From IMG/VR virus record IMGVR_UViG_3300005263_000012, positions 1-25,430 of that record: DNA of 25,430 nt; one strand, given 5' to 3'. This document shows positions 17,407 through 25,022 of this stretch, one piece after another; the first letter of the stretch is position 1; each line of letters starts with the position of its first letter. A program made the position numbers and the translations under genes. The stretch comes from a virus. A model generated the notes under the pieces. That model saw nothing but the letters and a program-made list of their open reading frames with translations, was not told where the DNA came from and made no database searches.

Positions 17407-17638
17407 TTTTACGTACATTACAAAACTTCTCTTTATTCTTTTTCTTTTTTATTAGTTTTTATTTATTTACTTTTATATATTCTACAATAGTCGTATTCAA
17501 TATATTAATATTATTAAAGAAGTACTATCTATCTATAATATAGATTTCTTCTTTTTACCACAACTTGTCTTTTTATGGAAGAGAATACATGATTTCTCTA
17601 TTATCTCTATATATGTTCTCGAAAGACTGTACGTAAAA
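17407..17638. repeat. AT-rich intergenic segment bounded by an 11-bp inverted repeat (candidate origin)
   Basis: TTTTACGTACA (17407-17417) and TGTACGTAAAA (17628-17638). The interior is very AT-rich and strand-biased. Confidence 0.4.
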
Positions 17639-17641
17639 CCT

Positions 17642-18253
17642 TTACGATCTTAGTACCAATCTCCATTCATGTCTACCATACCCTTTCTTATCAGGCATTA
17701 CTTTAGAACATAGTTTCTTAGCCGTGTTTATCGCGTCAATAATGTCCCTTCGTGGATTACTAGAATCATCAGTTATTCTTGCATCTCCAAGTTCTTCGTC
17801 TTTCTCGTCTGATAGGGTATCCCTAATCTGAGAACGTGTTAGGTGACCTTTCTTAGAAGCCATTAGAGCTTTTATTAGGGCCATTGCCCGTCTTCCAGTC
17901 TTAGACTTTAGTTTTATCTCAACAGATGACTTCTCAGCGGTTCCAGCCTTTATGTTATCGAGTTTATCTTCAAGCGTGTGAATTCTACTCAAGACAGTAG
18001 GTTCTTTATCCTCGTCTTCCTCATCAGAGCTTTTAAAATTATTAAGTCCGGTAATAGTTTCAAGTTCGAAAACTCTCTGGATTGGATGAAAATCAGAATT
18101 AGCAAGCTTCTGATCAAAAGATTCATTTAATACAGTTTCAATTATCTTGGTAACCTTCGCTTCAAAAGCTGGGATTAGTACATTTAAGAAGTCTTCACGG
18201 TCTGATTCTGAAGCGTTTTTAAATGCTTGTGTAAGGTCTGAGAGGGTAATCAT
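17642..18253 (-). CDS. Hypothetical protein, coiled region + probable C-terminal winged helix
   Basis: RAMALIKAL..GHLTRSQIRDTL..RRDIIDAINTAKK..GYGRHEWRLV has a wHTH-like layout. Confidence 0.65.
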   Translation of the reverse strand: MITLSDLTQAFKNASESDREDFLNVLIPAFEAKVTKIIETVLNESFDQKLANSDFHPIQRVFELETITGLNNFKSSDEEDEDKEPTVLSRIHTLEDKLDNIKAGTAEKSSVEIKLKSKTGRRAMALIKALMASKKGHLTRSQIRDTLSDEKDEELGDARITDDSSNPRRDIIDAINTAKKLCSKVMPDKKGYGRHEWRLVLRS

Positions 18254-18459
18254 ATATATCCCCCATCGATCCTCTTTAAAATTTCAAATTCCGCGGGAGA
18301 GAACAGATAATACCCATACATTAGAGAAAACGTTTTCATAACCGCCTTGTTTTTAATTAACGCGCTTACGAAAGTTTGATTCTGTGCTAAAGATGCAATT
18401 ACATCTTTGTATTTTAACAGATCTAAGGAAATTTGATCCATATCTAAGGAGGTAATCAT
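18250..18459 (-). CDS. Hypothetical protein
   Basis: 69 aa, ATGA-coupled to the 203-aa gene. Confidence 0.6.
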   Translation of the reverse strand: MITSLDMDQISLDLLKYKDVIASLAQNQTFVSALIKNKAVMKTFSLMYGYYLFSPAEFEILKRIDGGYI

Positions 18460-18584
18460 AAAGATCCAGCCCCCATCAAAACATAGTCGTTCAAAAACAG
18501 TACATACATTTCAAATATGCATTCAGTTTTTAACATGGTTCTTTACCTTCTGTGATTTTTTTACGAAAATCAAGAAGCAAGCCA

Positions 18585-18785
18585 GCCAAAAACACAACAT
18601 TTTATAATTTTTTTATTATACGTCGCAAGTTTAATATACTTTCCATATGATCTTTCATGTAGCATATGTTAAAGCATATGCCGTAGAAAGATTGAGAATT
18701 GATAGAAAATTGTTTTGAAATGGAAAGTATATTTTTGTGTGTTGTGTTTTCGGGCTTTGAAGGAGGTCTAGACCTTCAAGGCTCT
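18585..18785. other. Nested inverted repeats (structured leader or antisense RNA candidate)
   Basis: AAAACACAACA/TGTTGTGTTTT, AATATACTTTCCAT (18633-46)/ATGGAAAGTATATT (18720-33), ATCTTTC/GAAAGAT and GCATATG/CATATGC are nested. A second hairpin is at 18752-18784. Confidence 0.55.
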
Positions 18786-18821
18786 ACTTCTTAATTTTAA
18801 GATTGTTGTTTCTTGTTCTGT

Positions 18822-18983
18822 TCAGCATCCAATTTTACGAAAGTATTCTGGGAATTTCTCCCTCAGCACTTCGTCTATTATTTCATAGATAAACTTGTCT
18901 TGTTCAGCAGCTAGCAATTTTAATACTCTATTGCTCTTTGGGGTTACATTAGTTTTTATATATTTACTATCCAAATTTCTCAT
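18822..18983 (-). CDS. 53-aa ribbon-helix-helix (CopG-like) protein (not in track)
   Basis: MRNLDSKYIKTNVTPKSNRVLKLLAAEQDKFIYEIIDEVLREKFPEYFRKIGC. GGTGA RBS. Confidence 0.7.
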   Translation of the reverse strand: MRNLDSKYIKTNVTPKSNRVLKLLAAEQDKFIYEIIDEVLREKFPEYFRKIGC

Positions 18984-18989
18984 CAAATC

Positions 18990-19007
18990 ACCATATAAAT
19001 ATATGGT
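18990..19007. promoter_or_regulatory. Palindromic operator candidate of the RHH gene
   Basis: ACCATATA-AA-TATATGGT lies between the minus-strand TTTATATA box (about 19024-19031) and the RBS. Confidence 0.45.
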
Positions 19008-19232
19008 ATATCTGTATCAAACGTATATAAATCTTCCTTGCTTCTGACAAAATATGAATGATTATTTAAACTTGTGAGGAAGTTTACTATGATACTGAAA
19101 AAAGAAAAAATATTAAATACCCTTAAAACATTTTATCATATGCAGCTCAATCAAACCCAAAATAAGATTTGTGGAATTATCTTATTTTGGGACTTAATCC
19201 TTCTCCTCTTTCGTTCCCAAAGGCTGAGAACC

Positions 19233-19418
19233 TCATTTCAACTCCGTATCAAAGATTGGATATTTCTTATTTATAAAATCCCAATTAATCTCTCCTGATT
19301 TTTGATCCATCCTCCCACATTTATACCCGATGCGTAATATAATTATTACCATTTCTAGGATCTTCGGGTCTTTGATATCTTTGCAGTAATCTTCTATTGC
19401 TATATCGATTGCACTCAT
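19233..19418 (-). CDS. Hypothetical protein
   Basis: 61 aa, GGTGA RBS, ATGA overlap. Confidence 0.6.
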   Translation of the reverse strand: MSAIDIAIEDYCKDIKDPKILEMVIIILRIGYKCGRMDQKSGEINWDFINKKYPIFDTELK

Positions 19419-19639
19419 ACTGCCATCACCTGTTCAGGAGCATAAGCACCTTTTCCGTGTATCGAAAGCATTTTCTGCATGGTTTTCCAATCATTGATAT
19501 ATTTTTCTTCTTCTGAGCTTGTAAGATTAAATCTGCCTTCATCTAGAATCCTGTACACATCATCGATTGAGTGAGCTTTCATAAGCGCATTTCTTATTTT
19601 TGTTGGATTTGCTGGTTTTCCGTATCTTCTTTGTGGCAT
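19415..19639 (-). CDS. Hypothetical protein
   Basis: 74 aa, GGAGTGA RBS. Confidence 0.65.
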   Translation of the reverse strand: MPQRRYGKPANPTKIRNALMKAHSIDDVYRILDEGRFNLTSSEEEKYINDWKTMQKMLSIHGKGAYAPEQVMAV

Positions 19640-19646
19640 TTAAAAG

Positions 19647-19835
19647 TCACTCCATTACAACTTTAAACAATTCTCTAATTAATATATAATGCTCATGAAA
19701 TGTTTGAGTATGCGCCATCTTATTTAATATTTCAATGACCATTGGATCACTACCCTTTTTAGAGTTTTTAATTTGTATACAGAACTCTTTATACTGTGCA
19801 GCAGATTTCCCTTTATCGCTTTCACTCCAGTCCAT
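19647..19835 (-). CDS. Hypothetical protein
   Basis: 62 aa, overlaps the upstream ORF. Confidence 0.6.
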   Translation of the reverse strand: MDWSESDKGKSAAQYKEFCIQIKNSKKGSDPMVIEILNKMAHTQTFHEHYILIRELFKVVME

Positions 19836-20154
19836 ATTTCAACCCTCTGATAATAATAAAAGATCGGAGAGGATAACGCTCTCTGTTTTCCTCGTAAGTT
19901 CTATTAATTCCTTCTGCGTAGCTCCCAGATATCTCTCTGAAATTTGATTCACTCTGAGATACTTTCTCAATGAACTGTTCGTGAGTGATTATTCCCATGT
20001 ATCCAAGCTGTTCAGAGTCTATTATCTTTCTCTTTGAAGGGAAAAGATTTCCACCCTCATGGGTATCAAACAAATCAATGTGCGATTCTATTTTATCAGC
20101 GTGTATGTTAAAAATTGTTCTATAAAAGTTGCTTGTCAGTTCAAATGTTCTCAT
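19822..20154 (-). CDS. Hypothetical protein
   Basis: 110 aa, AGGTGG RBS, downstream of repeated promoter B1. Confidence 0.7.
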   Translation of the reverse strand: MRTFELTSNFYRTIFNIHADKIESHIDLFDTHEGGNLFPSKRKIIDSEQLGYMGIITHEQFIEKVSQSESNFREISGSYAEGINRTYEENRERYPLRSFIIIRGLKYGLE

Positions 20155-20182
20155 TTAGATCCACCTATCTTATGTTACTACA

Positions 20183-20225
20183 TTACTATATACAACGTAA
20201 TAGTATATATAAGTAACTGATAACT
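20183..20225 (-). promoter_or_regulatory. Repeated promoter B, copy 1
   Basis: 43 bp identical to 21257..21299. Minus-strand TATA box CTTATATATA. Confidence 0.75.
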
Positions 20226-20240
20226 ATTAAACGAAAAAAC

Positions 20241-20537
20241 TTAATCCATTACTGCTACAACATAAAATGTACAACCCTCTAAAGATCTAGCCTCTTTCGC
20301 GGTAACAAACACCCTGTTATCAGTTGTTCCATGTGTGAGCTTGCCCTGAAGAACATCTACAATTTCTAGATTTGGAAGTTTCTCTATGAAGTTGTTTACC
20401 CGCGTATCCCGATTGTCTTCTTTTTTCAGTATTCGCCCTAATGCCGAACACTCTATAGAGCAGTATATTTGTTTTGGCCTGGTCGTGGGAACTTTGAAAG
20501 ATTCCCCACATATAGGACATATCTTTTCTTCTGACAT
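20241..20537 (-). CDS. Zinc-finger protein
   Basis: CPICGESF...QIYCSIEC. AGGAG RBS. Confidence 0.7.
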   Translation of the reverse strand: MSEEKICPICGESFKVPTTRPKQIYCSIECSALGRILKKEDNRDTRVNNFIEKLPNLEIVDVLQGKLTHGTTDNRVFVTAKEARSLEGCTFYVVAVMD

Positions 20538-20562
20538 CTAATAAGCTCCTTAAAAAGAGGAA

Positions 20563-21216
20563 TTATTCTTCCTCGTTTGCTTCTTGAAGTTCTTCCTGAA
20601 TCCACTCTAGTTCTTTTTTGTAGTCGCTGGAATCCATATTAAGGATCACAACATCACCGGACTCAATTGATTCAATTATTTTTTAAAGTGTTTTTTTGTC
20701 ATCCAGATCCGCGGTCAACAGGTCAATTCCATCATTTTCAAGATACTCTGATAGATGCTGCTTTCCTTCAAAAGCTCCGAGGACATCAAATGAATATAGA
20801 TAATCATGTGTTGGTGCTTCACGTAGCTTTTCAAAGTCTAGATTCCACAACAGTTCCTCGGATTCGGTGGTAAAATTGCCTTTCCAGTTTGAGCCGTCCC
20901 ATTCTGCCTCGAATCCTTCTCCGGCTTTTTGGATAATTGGCTTTATCTCATCGTCATAAAACTCTTTAAATCTGGTGAAGTCTGTGTCTTCTGGAAGGTT
21001 ATACCGGCTTGCTAGTCCATGCCATATCTTACTAGGGGTAGAATTTGTATCCATTACGGTTTCAATTTTAACTTCCTTGGATTCCCAATCGACGTATAGG
21101 CAAATTCTGCAAAGAGAGTGCCCGTTATTGTTCATTGGGTCGGCTTCCCAGAATTGGGTAGCGGTCCAGTCATCAACATTCTTGTTAATCAATCCAAATT
21201 CATTGTTCTCACTCAT
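20563..21216 (-). pseudogene. Highly acidic protein with an in-frame TAA at 20683-20685
   Basis: The 177-aa ORF continues in frame after the TAA for 39 codons (KIIESIESGDVVILNMDSSDYKKELEWIQEELQEANEEE) of the same acidic composition. Confidence 0.6.
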
Positions 21217-21256
21217 CTTTTTATCACACCTTGTTAAGCATTTATGTTTTGTGTAT

Positions 21257-21299
21257 TTACTATATACAACGTAATAGTATATATAAGTAACTGATAACT
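21257..21299 (-). promoter_or_regulatory. Repeated promoter B, copy 2
   Basis: Exact copy of 20183..20225, upstream of ATG 21216. Confidence 0.75.
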
Positions 21300-21333
21300 T
21301 AACTGTGAAATATATAATTCAATGATATAATAT

Positions 21334-21472
21334 AAAAAAAGAAGATTCACCAGAAACCCTGTCAATTCCCTTCCACAAGACTTAAACAAGACCTCTAACT
21401 ACAAAATAGAGGATCTATTAACGTGAGATCCAAACGGGCGAGTTATATTTAGTTCCCACCGCTGAGGGAGAT
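21334..21472 (-). ncRNA. Candidate ~135-nt multi-hairpin ncRNA
   Basis: Own TATA motif (21486-21502), hairpins TCCC/GGGA, GGATCT/AGATCC and CCTCTA/TAGAGG, a T7 tract at the end, and no credible ORF. Confidence 0.45.
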
Positions 21473-21508
21473 GTAATAATTGATTTTAAAATATATAAAA
21501 GTAATTAA

Positions 21509-21624
21509 ACTGGCAGGTGGAATCGAACCACCGTTACGCGCGAATCAACGAGGCCAACACATCTATACTCAATCTGTGATTCAGCGTCCTGAATCTTGTA
21601 TGAGGGTTAATGCTCGTCGCCAGC
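21509..21624 (-). ncRNA. tRNA-like RNA (acceptor stem + perfect T-arm, non-canonical interior)
   Basis: 5' GCTGGCG pairs with 3' TGCCAGT. T-arm is GGTGG-TTCGATT-CCACC. The 85-nt interior has the GATTCAG-GACG-CTGAATC hairpin and no assignable anticodon. Confidence 0.65.
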
Positions 21625-21647
21625 ATATAGAGATAGTGGATTAAAAT

Positions 21648-23020
21648 GTGAACTACCCCTAAGCTAAAGACTTAGGGGCTTCCTGGTTCATTCCTTGAAC
21701 TTTTGTTCACAAGTCCCCAGGCTCTTCCTCGCGTTCCGCAAGTGTTGAATAGGTTTCAAACACCTATTAGGTTTTGATCTATGAGAGCGAATTTCTTAAT
21801 GTTAATAGCGGCATTAATATCTCTATCTAACACGGTTTTACAGTCTGGGCAAGTCCATTCTCTGTCCTTTAATGTCAAATCAGAGTTATGATATCCACAG
21901 ACGTTACAAAGTTTAGAAGAAGGCTCAAACCTACCTATTCTTAGTATGGTTTTTCCTACCCAATCGGCTTTATATTCTAGTTTTGTTACAAAGCTACTCC
22001 AAGCAGAATCACTAATAGCCTGTGCAAGACAATGGTTTTTCTGCATACCTTTAACATTCAGAGTTTCCAGAGCTATTGCTTGGTTTTCGCTGATAAGTTT
22101 AGAAGAGAGTTTGTTCTGGAAATCAGTTCTCTGATTAGTTATTTTGTCGTGGAGTACAGCAAGTCTTTGTTTAGCTTTTGCCCTGTTTTTAGAACCTTTT
22201 TGTTTCTTCGAAACTCTTTTCTGTAATACTTTGAGTCTCTGAAGAGAATTTTTCAGATATTTAGGATTCTCTATTTTGTCACCTGTAGAGAGGACAGCAA
22301 AGTCTTTGATACCAACATCTATTCCTACAGTAGTAGTTTCTGAGAAAGACTGCTTTGCTGGAAGTTCTTTTCCGTCTTCAACAAGAATACTAATATAGTA
22401 ATGCCCTTTACATGTCCTTGAAACTGTAGCTGTTTTAAGCTCTCCATCAAATACTCTGTGAAGAACTGCTTTAATGGGTTCTATTTTAGGAAGCTTTACA
22501 GTGTTGTTTTCAAAGTCTACTACATAATGCTGTGGAATAGGAAAAGATTGTATAGGATTCTTTTTTGATTTGAACTTTGGAAATCCTGTTTTCTCTCTAA
22601 AGAATCTAGTGAAAGCAGATTCGACCTGTTTAGTCATTCCCTGTAATGATTGTGAATTTACTTCTCCTAACCATTCATTAGAAGCCTTCAAAACTGGAAT
22701 TAATTTGTTTAAGTCAAATCTCGAAATTGATTTTCCTGTTTGTTCGTATGTTTTAATTTTTTGATCAAGTGCCCAATTATAGACAAACCTACAGCTACCA
22801 ATGTGTTGATTCAATTTAACGGCTTGTTTTGTTGTAGGATAGAGTCTAAATTTGAACGCTTTCATCATACAAGGTATTATATGGTTTAACAGCATATATA
22901 GTTTTTGGTAAAATTGGAAATGTTAGTAAAGAATCTGCCGAATATTATATACGGAAGCAAGGTTAAGTTGACGCTTATATCCCGCGAAGCTGAAGACTTC
23001 GGGGTTTTACGCTTCGACCT
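21648..23020 (-). mobile_element. tnpB-only IS200/IS605-family (IS1341-type) element, inserted 3' of TTAT
   Basis: Left end TTAT|AGGTCGAAGCGT-AAAA-hairpin CCCCGAAG..CTTCGCGGG. Right end GAAG-CCCCTAAG..CTTAGGGG-TAGT-TCAC|. Guide/cleavage pairs AAAA/TTAT and GAAG/TCAC are consistent. Confidence 0.9.
21756..22895 (-). CDS. tnpB: TnpB RNA-guided nuclease
   Basis: KAFKFRLYPT N-terminal HTH, RuvC motifs VGIDVG / IALETL / DRDINAA, Zn ribbon CNVC...CPDC. The start is probably at MMKAF. Confidence 0.95.
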   Translation of the reverse strand: MLLNHIIPCMMKAFKFRLYPTTKQAVKLNQHIGSCRFVYNWALDQKIKTYEQTGKSISRFDLNKLIPVLKASNEWLGEVNSQSLQGMTKQVESAFTRFFREKTGFPKFKSKKNPIQSFPIPQHYVVDFENNTVKLPKIEPIKAVLHRVFDGELKTATVSRTCKGHYYISILVEDGKELPAKQSFSETTTVGIDVGIKDFAVLSTGDKIENPKYLKNSLQRLKVLQKRVSKKQKGSKNRAKAKQRLAVLHDKITNQRTDFQNKLSSKLISENQAIALETLNVKGMQKNHCLAQAISDSAWSSFVTKLEYKADWVGKTILRIGRFEPSSKLCNVCGYHNSDLTLKDREWTCPDCKTVLDRDINAAINIKKFALIDQNLIGV

Positions 23021-23024
23021 ATAA

Positions 23025-23076
23025 AAAAGTTAGTGAGGGATGTTAGGGCAGGAATTAAGAGCCTAACAGTGAGCTA
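23025..23076 (-). ncRNA. Candidate ~50-nt hairpin RNA
   Basis: Minus-strand TTTATATAA box at about 23094-23102, hairpin TGTTAGG...CCTAACA, then a T-tract. It could instead be the par operon terminator. Confidence 0.3.
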
Positions 23077-23107
23077 TATTTAATACACTAATTTTATATA
23101 AATATAT

Positions 23108-23515
23108 TTATTGCTGCGCTCTGATCTTCCTAATCTTCTTAGCTGTCTTTTCAATGTCTACCCCGTAAATCTCCCATGCCTTTAGAATAAACCATCTAAT
23201 GGCCTCTGAATCGGTGGAATATCCAAACGCATCTTTCACGCATTCGAGTTGATCAGCTTCTTCTTGAGATAATTTTGCAGTTTTGTTATACTTGAATTTC
23301 TTAATTTCATCTTTGTTTTTTGATCCTTTTGTGACCTTTTGTCTCATAGCCTGCTTAATTTCAATGTCTTCTACCATGGGCTCATCGATTTCTTCTACAT
23401 AGTTTTCCTGGATATCATCATCAACCTTTTCCGGTTGATTTGACATTGGTATCCCCCATTGGAACATCCCTCCAACATCATCTTTTTTATCAAAATCCAT
23501 TAAATCAACCCCCAT
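23108..23515 (-). CDS. ParG-like partition protein with a C-terminal ribbon-helix-helix
   Basis: Acidic, likely disordered N-terminus. C-terminal NKTAKLSQEEADQLECVKDAFGYSTDSEAIRWFI is an RHH pattern. Overlaps the parA stop. Confidence 0.7.
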   Translation of the reverse strand: MGVDLMDFDKKDDVGGMFQWGIPMSNQPEKVDDDIQENYVEEIDEPMVEDIEIKQAMRQKVTKGSKNKDEIKKFKYNKTAKLSQEEADQLECVKDAFGYSTDSEAIRWFILKAWEIYGVDIEKTAKKIRKIRAQQ

Positions 23516-24372
23516 TTGATCATTAACTCTTTAGTAAATCTTTCATATGCTTCAGCGCCCTTAGATTCACATTTGTGTTCAGAAACATATTCAAAGATAG
23601 ATTTGTGTTCTTTTGCACAGTACAAAAGTTTTACATCTTGCCAGATGATGGTTTCATATACTTTAGACCCATATCGTTCTATTATGGTGTCTCGCACATC
23701 TTTTGAAGAGTTTGTACGTTTGTCATACTTAGTTGAAAGAATTCCGTCGATGGGTAGCTCCCTATCTAATTGTTGTTCAAGCTGATATATGGTCCCAAGT
23801 ATTTGGTTTACAGCACCAACTGAAAATTGTTCATATACAGGAACAATTACTTTGTTTGCCGCATAGAGAGTGTTATATGGTAGCCACCCCAACGATGGTT
23901 TAGTATCTGTCATGATAAAATCGCATTCTTTTTTTAACGGTTGTATGGCCTTATTTAAAGCAGTGGCCCCCATTGGTTTCATACTTAGTTCATGTTCGGT
24001 TAGTGATAATGCTTTACACGATGGGATTATCTTGAGATTTGGCTCCGTTGAATCATACAGTACATCCGTGATTGGAGCACCGTTTATAAGATCCCGGACG
24101 GTTTTATCAACCTGGTTTCCATGCACATCAAATAGGGTGTCAGATGAGAATATAGGGCACCCATCTTTATATTCCTCATGTTTTTCACCCTCTTTAGTAT
24201 TTAGTAAGCTAGTCGAAGCATTACAGGTAGAATCAAAATCTATCAATACGCCTCTTAGTCCAGCTCTTGTTAACCCTGCTGCTGTGTTTACGGCGGTGGT
24301 TGTTTTCCCTATTCCACCTTTGTCAGCGAAGGGAGTAATTACAATTGTTTCATCTACTATCTTTTTTCTCAT
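23500..24372 (-). CDS. parA: ParA/Soj partition ATPase
   Basis: Deviant Walker A KGGIGKTTT, LIDFDSTCNAS, Walker B DFIMTDTKPSLG. No N-terminal HTH (type Ib-like). Confidence 0.93.
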   Translation of the reverse strand: MRKKIVDETIVITPFADKGGIGKTTTAVNTAAGLTRAGLRGVLIDFDSTCNASTSLLNTKEGEKHEEYKDGCPIFSSDTLFDVHGNQVDKTVRDLINGAPITDVLYDSTEPNLKIIPSCKALSLTEHELSMKPMGATALNKAIQPLKKECDFIMTDTKPSLGWLPYNTLYAANKVIVPVYEQFSVGAVNQILGTIYQLEQQLDRELPIDGILSTKYDKRTNSSKDVRDTIIERYGSKVYETIIWQDVKLLYCAKEHKSIFEYVSEHKCESKGAEAYERFTKELMIKWGLI

Positions 24373-24391
24373 TTTTACACATCCATCCGGT

Positions 24392-24635
24392 AATCATGTA
24401 TACAGGTAATTTAGTATACGTTGAGATAAAAATACATGTAGTAGAGTATACTAAATTACTTGTAATCTCGTAGTCATGTATATGGGTATACATGTATAAA
24501 AGTATAATTAAATACAAATATTTTTATATACATGTATATAATTTTACAAGTATACAAGTAGATGAGGATACATTATTACCTTAATATAAGTAAACATGTA
24601 AATAAAAATATATGTAAATATGTATACATGTATTC
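24392..24635. repeat. CATGTA/TACATGTA repeat cluster + 19-bp inverted repeat upstream of parA (centromere-like)
   Basis: At least 7 CATGTA copies, including TATATACATGTATATA. Inverted repeat at 24401-24419 / 24446-24464 with 1 mismatch. Confidence 0.65.
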
Positions 24636-24668
24636 AAAAAAGAAGTAACGATAAAATGAAAAACGATA

Positions 24669-24866
24669 TTAATCTAACTTCTTAATCACACATCTACACC
24701 GTAACGGCAATGGAAGTTTAACTTCTTCTTCTAAATCCTCACAAACATTAACATCAATTCCATAAGGAGTCGTAGACCATTTGACAAGTTTATCAGGATA
24801 GAGAAGTTTAATAGTTGCGAGTTTTGCGTTAAGATCTTCATTATGTTCTGATTCTTCATCTTTCAT
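24669..24866 (-). CDS. Hypothetical protein
   Basis: 65 aa, GAGGA RBS. Confidence 0.6.
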   Translation of the reverse strand: MKDEESEHNEDLNAKLATIKLLYPDKLVKWSTTPYGIDVNVCEDLEEEVKLPLPLRCRCVIKKLD

Positions 24867-24881
24867 GTTTTTTCCTCATTA

Positions 24882-25022
24882 TCAACCCTCTTTAAACATC
24901 AACAACCACATTGTGTTTAGTCGATAATCAATACATTCACCTAGAGACTTCTCAAATGTACAATTTTTGCATAATCTATGATTTTTAAAATCGTGGGAGT
25001 CGTGACATCCTATTATTGCCAT
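24882..25022 (-). CDS. 46-aa Cys/His microprotein (not in track)
   Basis: MAIIGCHDSHDFKNHRLCKNCTFEKSLGECIDYRLNTMWLLMFKEG. AGGAGG RBS. Confidence 0.5.
   Translation of the reverse strand: MAIIGCHDSHDFKNHRLCKNCTFEKSLGECIDYRLNTMWLLMFKEG

Noticed and set aside
12737-19947. Track ORFs 12737..12979, 13759..13995, 14762..15058, 16332..16541, 17355..17543, 18147..18341, 19074..19298 and 19735..19947
   Set aside because: Shadow or low-complexity frames. 16332..16541 spans a promoter and RBS.
9891-21299. Direct repeats as a CRISPR mini-array, att sites or DGR TR/VR
   Set aside because: Only two copies each, 0.6-1.1 kb apart, in promoter position with TATA boxes. No spacers and no adenine-specific pattern.
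21509-21624. Call as tRNA-Sec/opal suppressor (TCA) or as an attP tRNA fragment
   Set aside because: No anticodon stem closes around TCA, which lies in a hairpin stem. Both acceptor strands are present, and there is no integrase in the window.
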